Below, in pieces: positions 63,861 through 64,000 of a DNA stretch of 64,000 nucleotides; the first letter of the stretch is position 1; every line of letters begins with the position of its first letter. The stretch is from the NCBI GenBank assembly GCA_045565415.1, contig JBJLFK010000033.1, positions 5,044 through 69,043 of the forward strand, given 5' to 3'. A model generated the notes under the pieces. It was not told the origin of the DNA, ran no database searches, and saw only the letters and a program-made list of their open reading frames with translations. This DNA is from Alphaproteobacteria bacterium (lineage in GTDB: Bacteria; Pseudomonadota; Alphaproteobacteria; MED-G09). Position numbers and translations under genes: made by a program.

Positions 63861-63874
63861 TTTTAACCTCTTAT

Positions 63875-64000
63875 TTATGAATTATTTGCGTCAAATTCAG
63901 ATTTTAGAAAATTTGAAATATAATTATTTTTATAAAAATCGCTTTCTAATGGCATTATATTATTAAATACAAGCTTCTTTGCAACGCGAACCATTATTAC
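63875..64000 (-). CDS. Partial CDS (C-terminal 41 codons of a gene entering from beyond the window end), function unknown
   Basis: The minus strand frame …VIMVRVAKKLVFNNIMPLESDFYKNNYISNFLKSEFDANNS* ends at a TAA (63875-63877). It is too short to judge. Confidence 0.25.
   Translation of the reverse strand, partial: VIMVRVAKKLVFNNIMPLESDFYKNNYISNFLKSEFDANNS

Overview
This window is a low-GC (about 29-30% GC), tightly packed alphaproteobacterial chromosome segment that looks SAR11/Pelagibacter-like in gene content and streamlining; species identity is not established. It is core chromosome and contains no mobile elements, CRISPR arrays, rRNA or tRNA genes. About 18 kb (9.6-29.6 kb, all on the minus strand) is a complete dcw division/cell-wall cluster: mraZ-rsmH-ftsL-ftsI-murE-murF-mraY-murD-ftsW-murG-murC-murB-ddl-ftsQ-ftsA-ftsZ, then an SRPBCC gene, lpxC, bamD and ligA. 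Three structured RNAs missed by the ORF track sit in the only GC-rich islands: a permuted two-piece tmRNA between thyA and fumC, an RNase P RNA directly upstream of mraZ, and a tandem glycine riboswitch in front of the gcvT-gcvH-gcvPA-gcvPB operon. Other content is housekeeping metabolism: folA, thyA, fumC, uvrD, pepP, a GST, an SDR, phosphomannomutase, tauE, dusA, two acyl-CoA dehydrogenases, plant-type gshA, rsmE, ubiA, a CcrM-like adenine methyltransferase, rnhB, ispH, thrB, rnhA, a Prx5-type peroxiredoxin, yqgE, a membrane dipeptidase and thrC. The most accessory-looking block is two tandem TonB-dependent receptors followed by a Tat-signal PhoD-like phosphatase, a candidate organophosphorus acquisition locus. 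A further notable gene encodes a 665-aa Gfo/Idh/MocA plus aldo/keto-reductase fusion. No defence or toxin system is supported by the sequence. What I can defend as possibly new are the MraZ-type TGGG x3 operator with an embedded GANTC site next to rnpB, the TBDR-TBDR-PhoD locus, the fused oxidoreductase, and the systematic stop-codon overlap of convergent genes.
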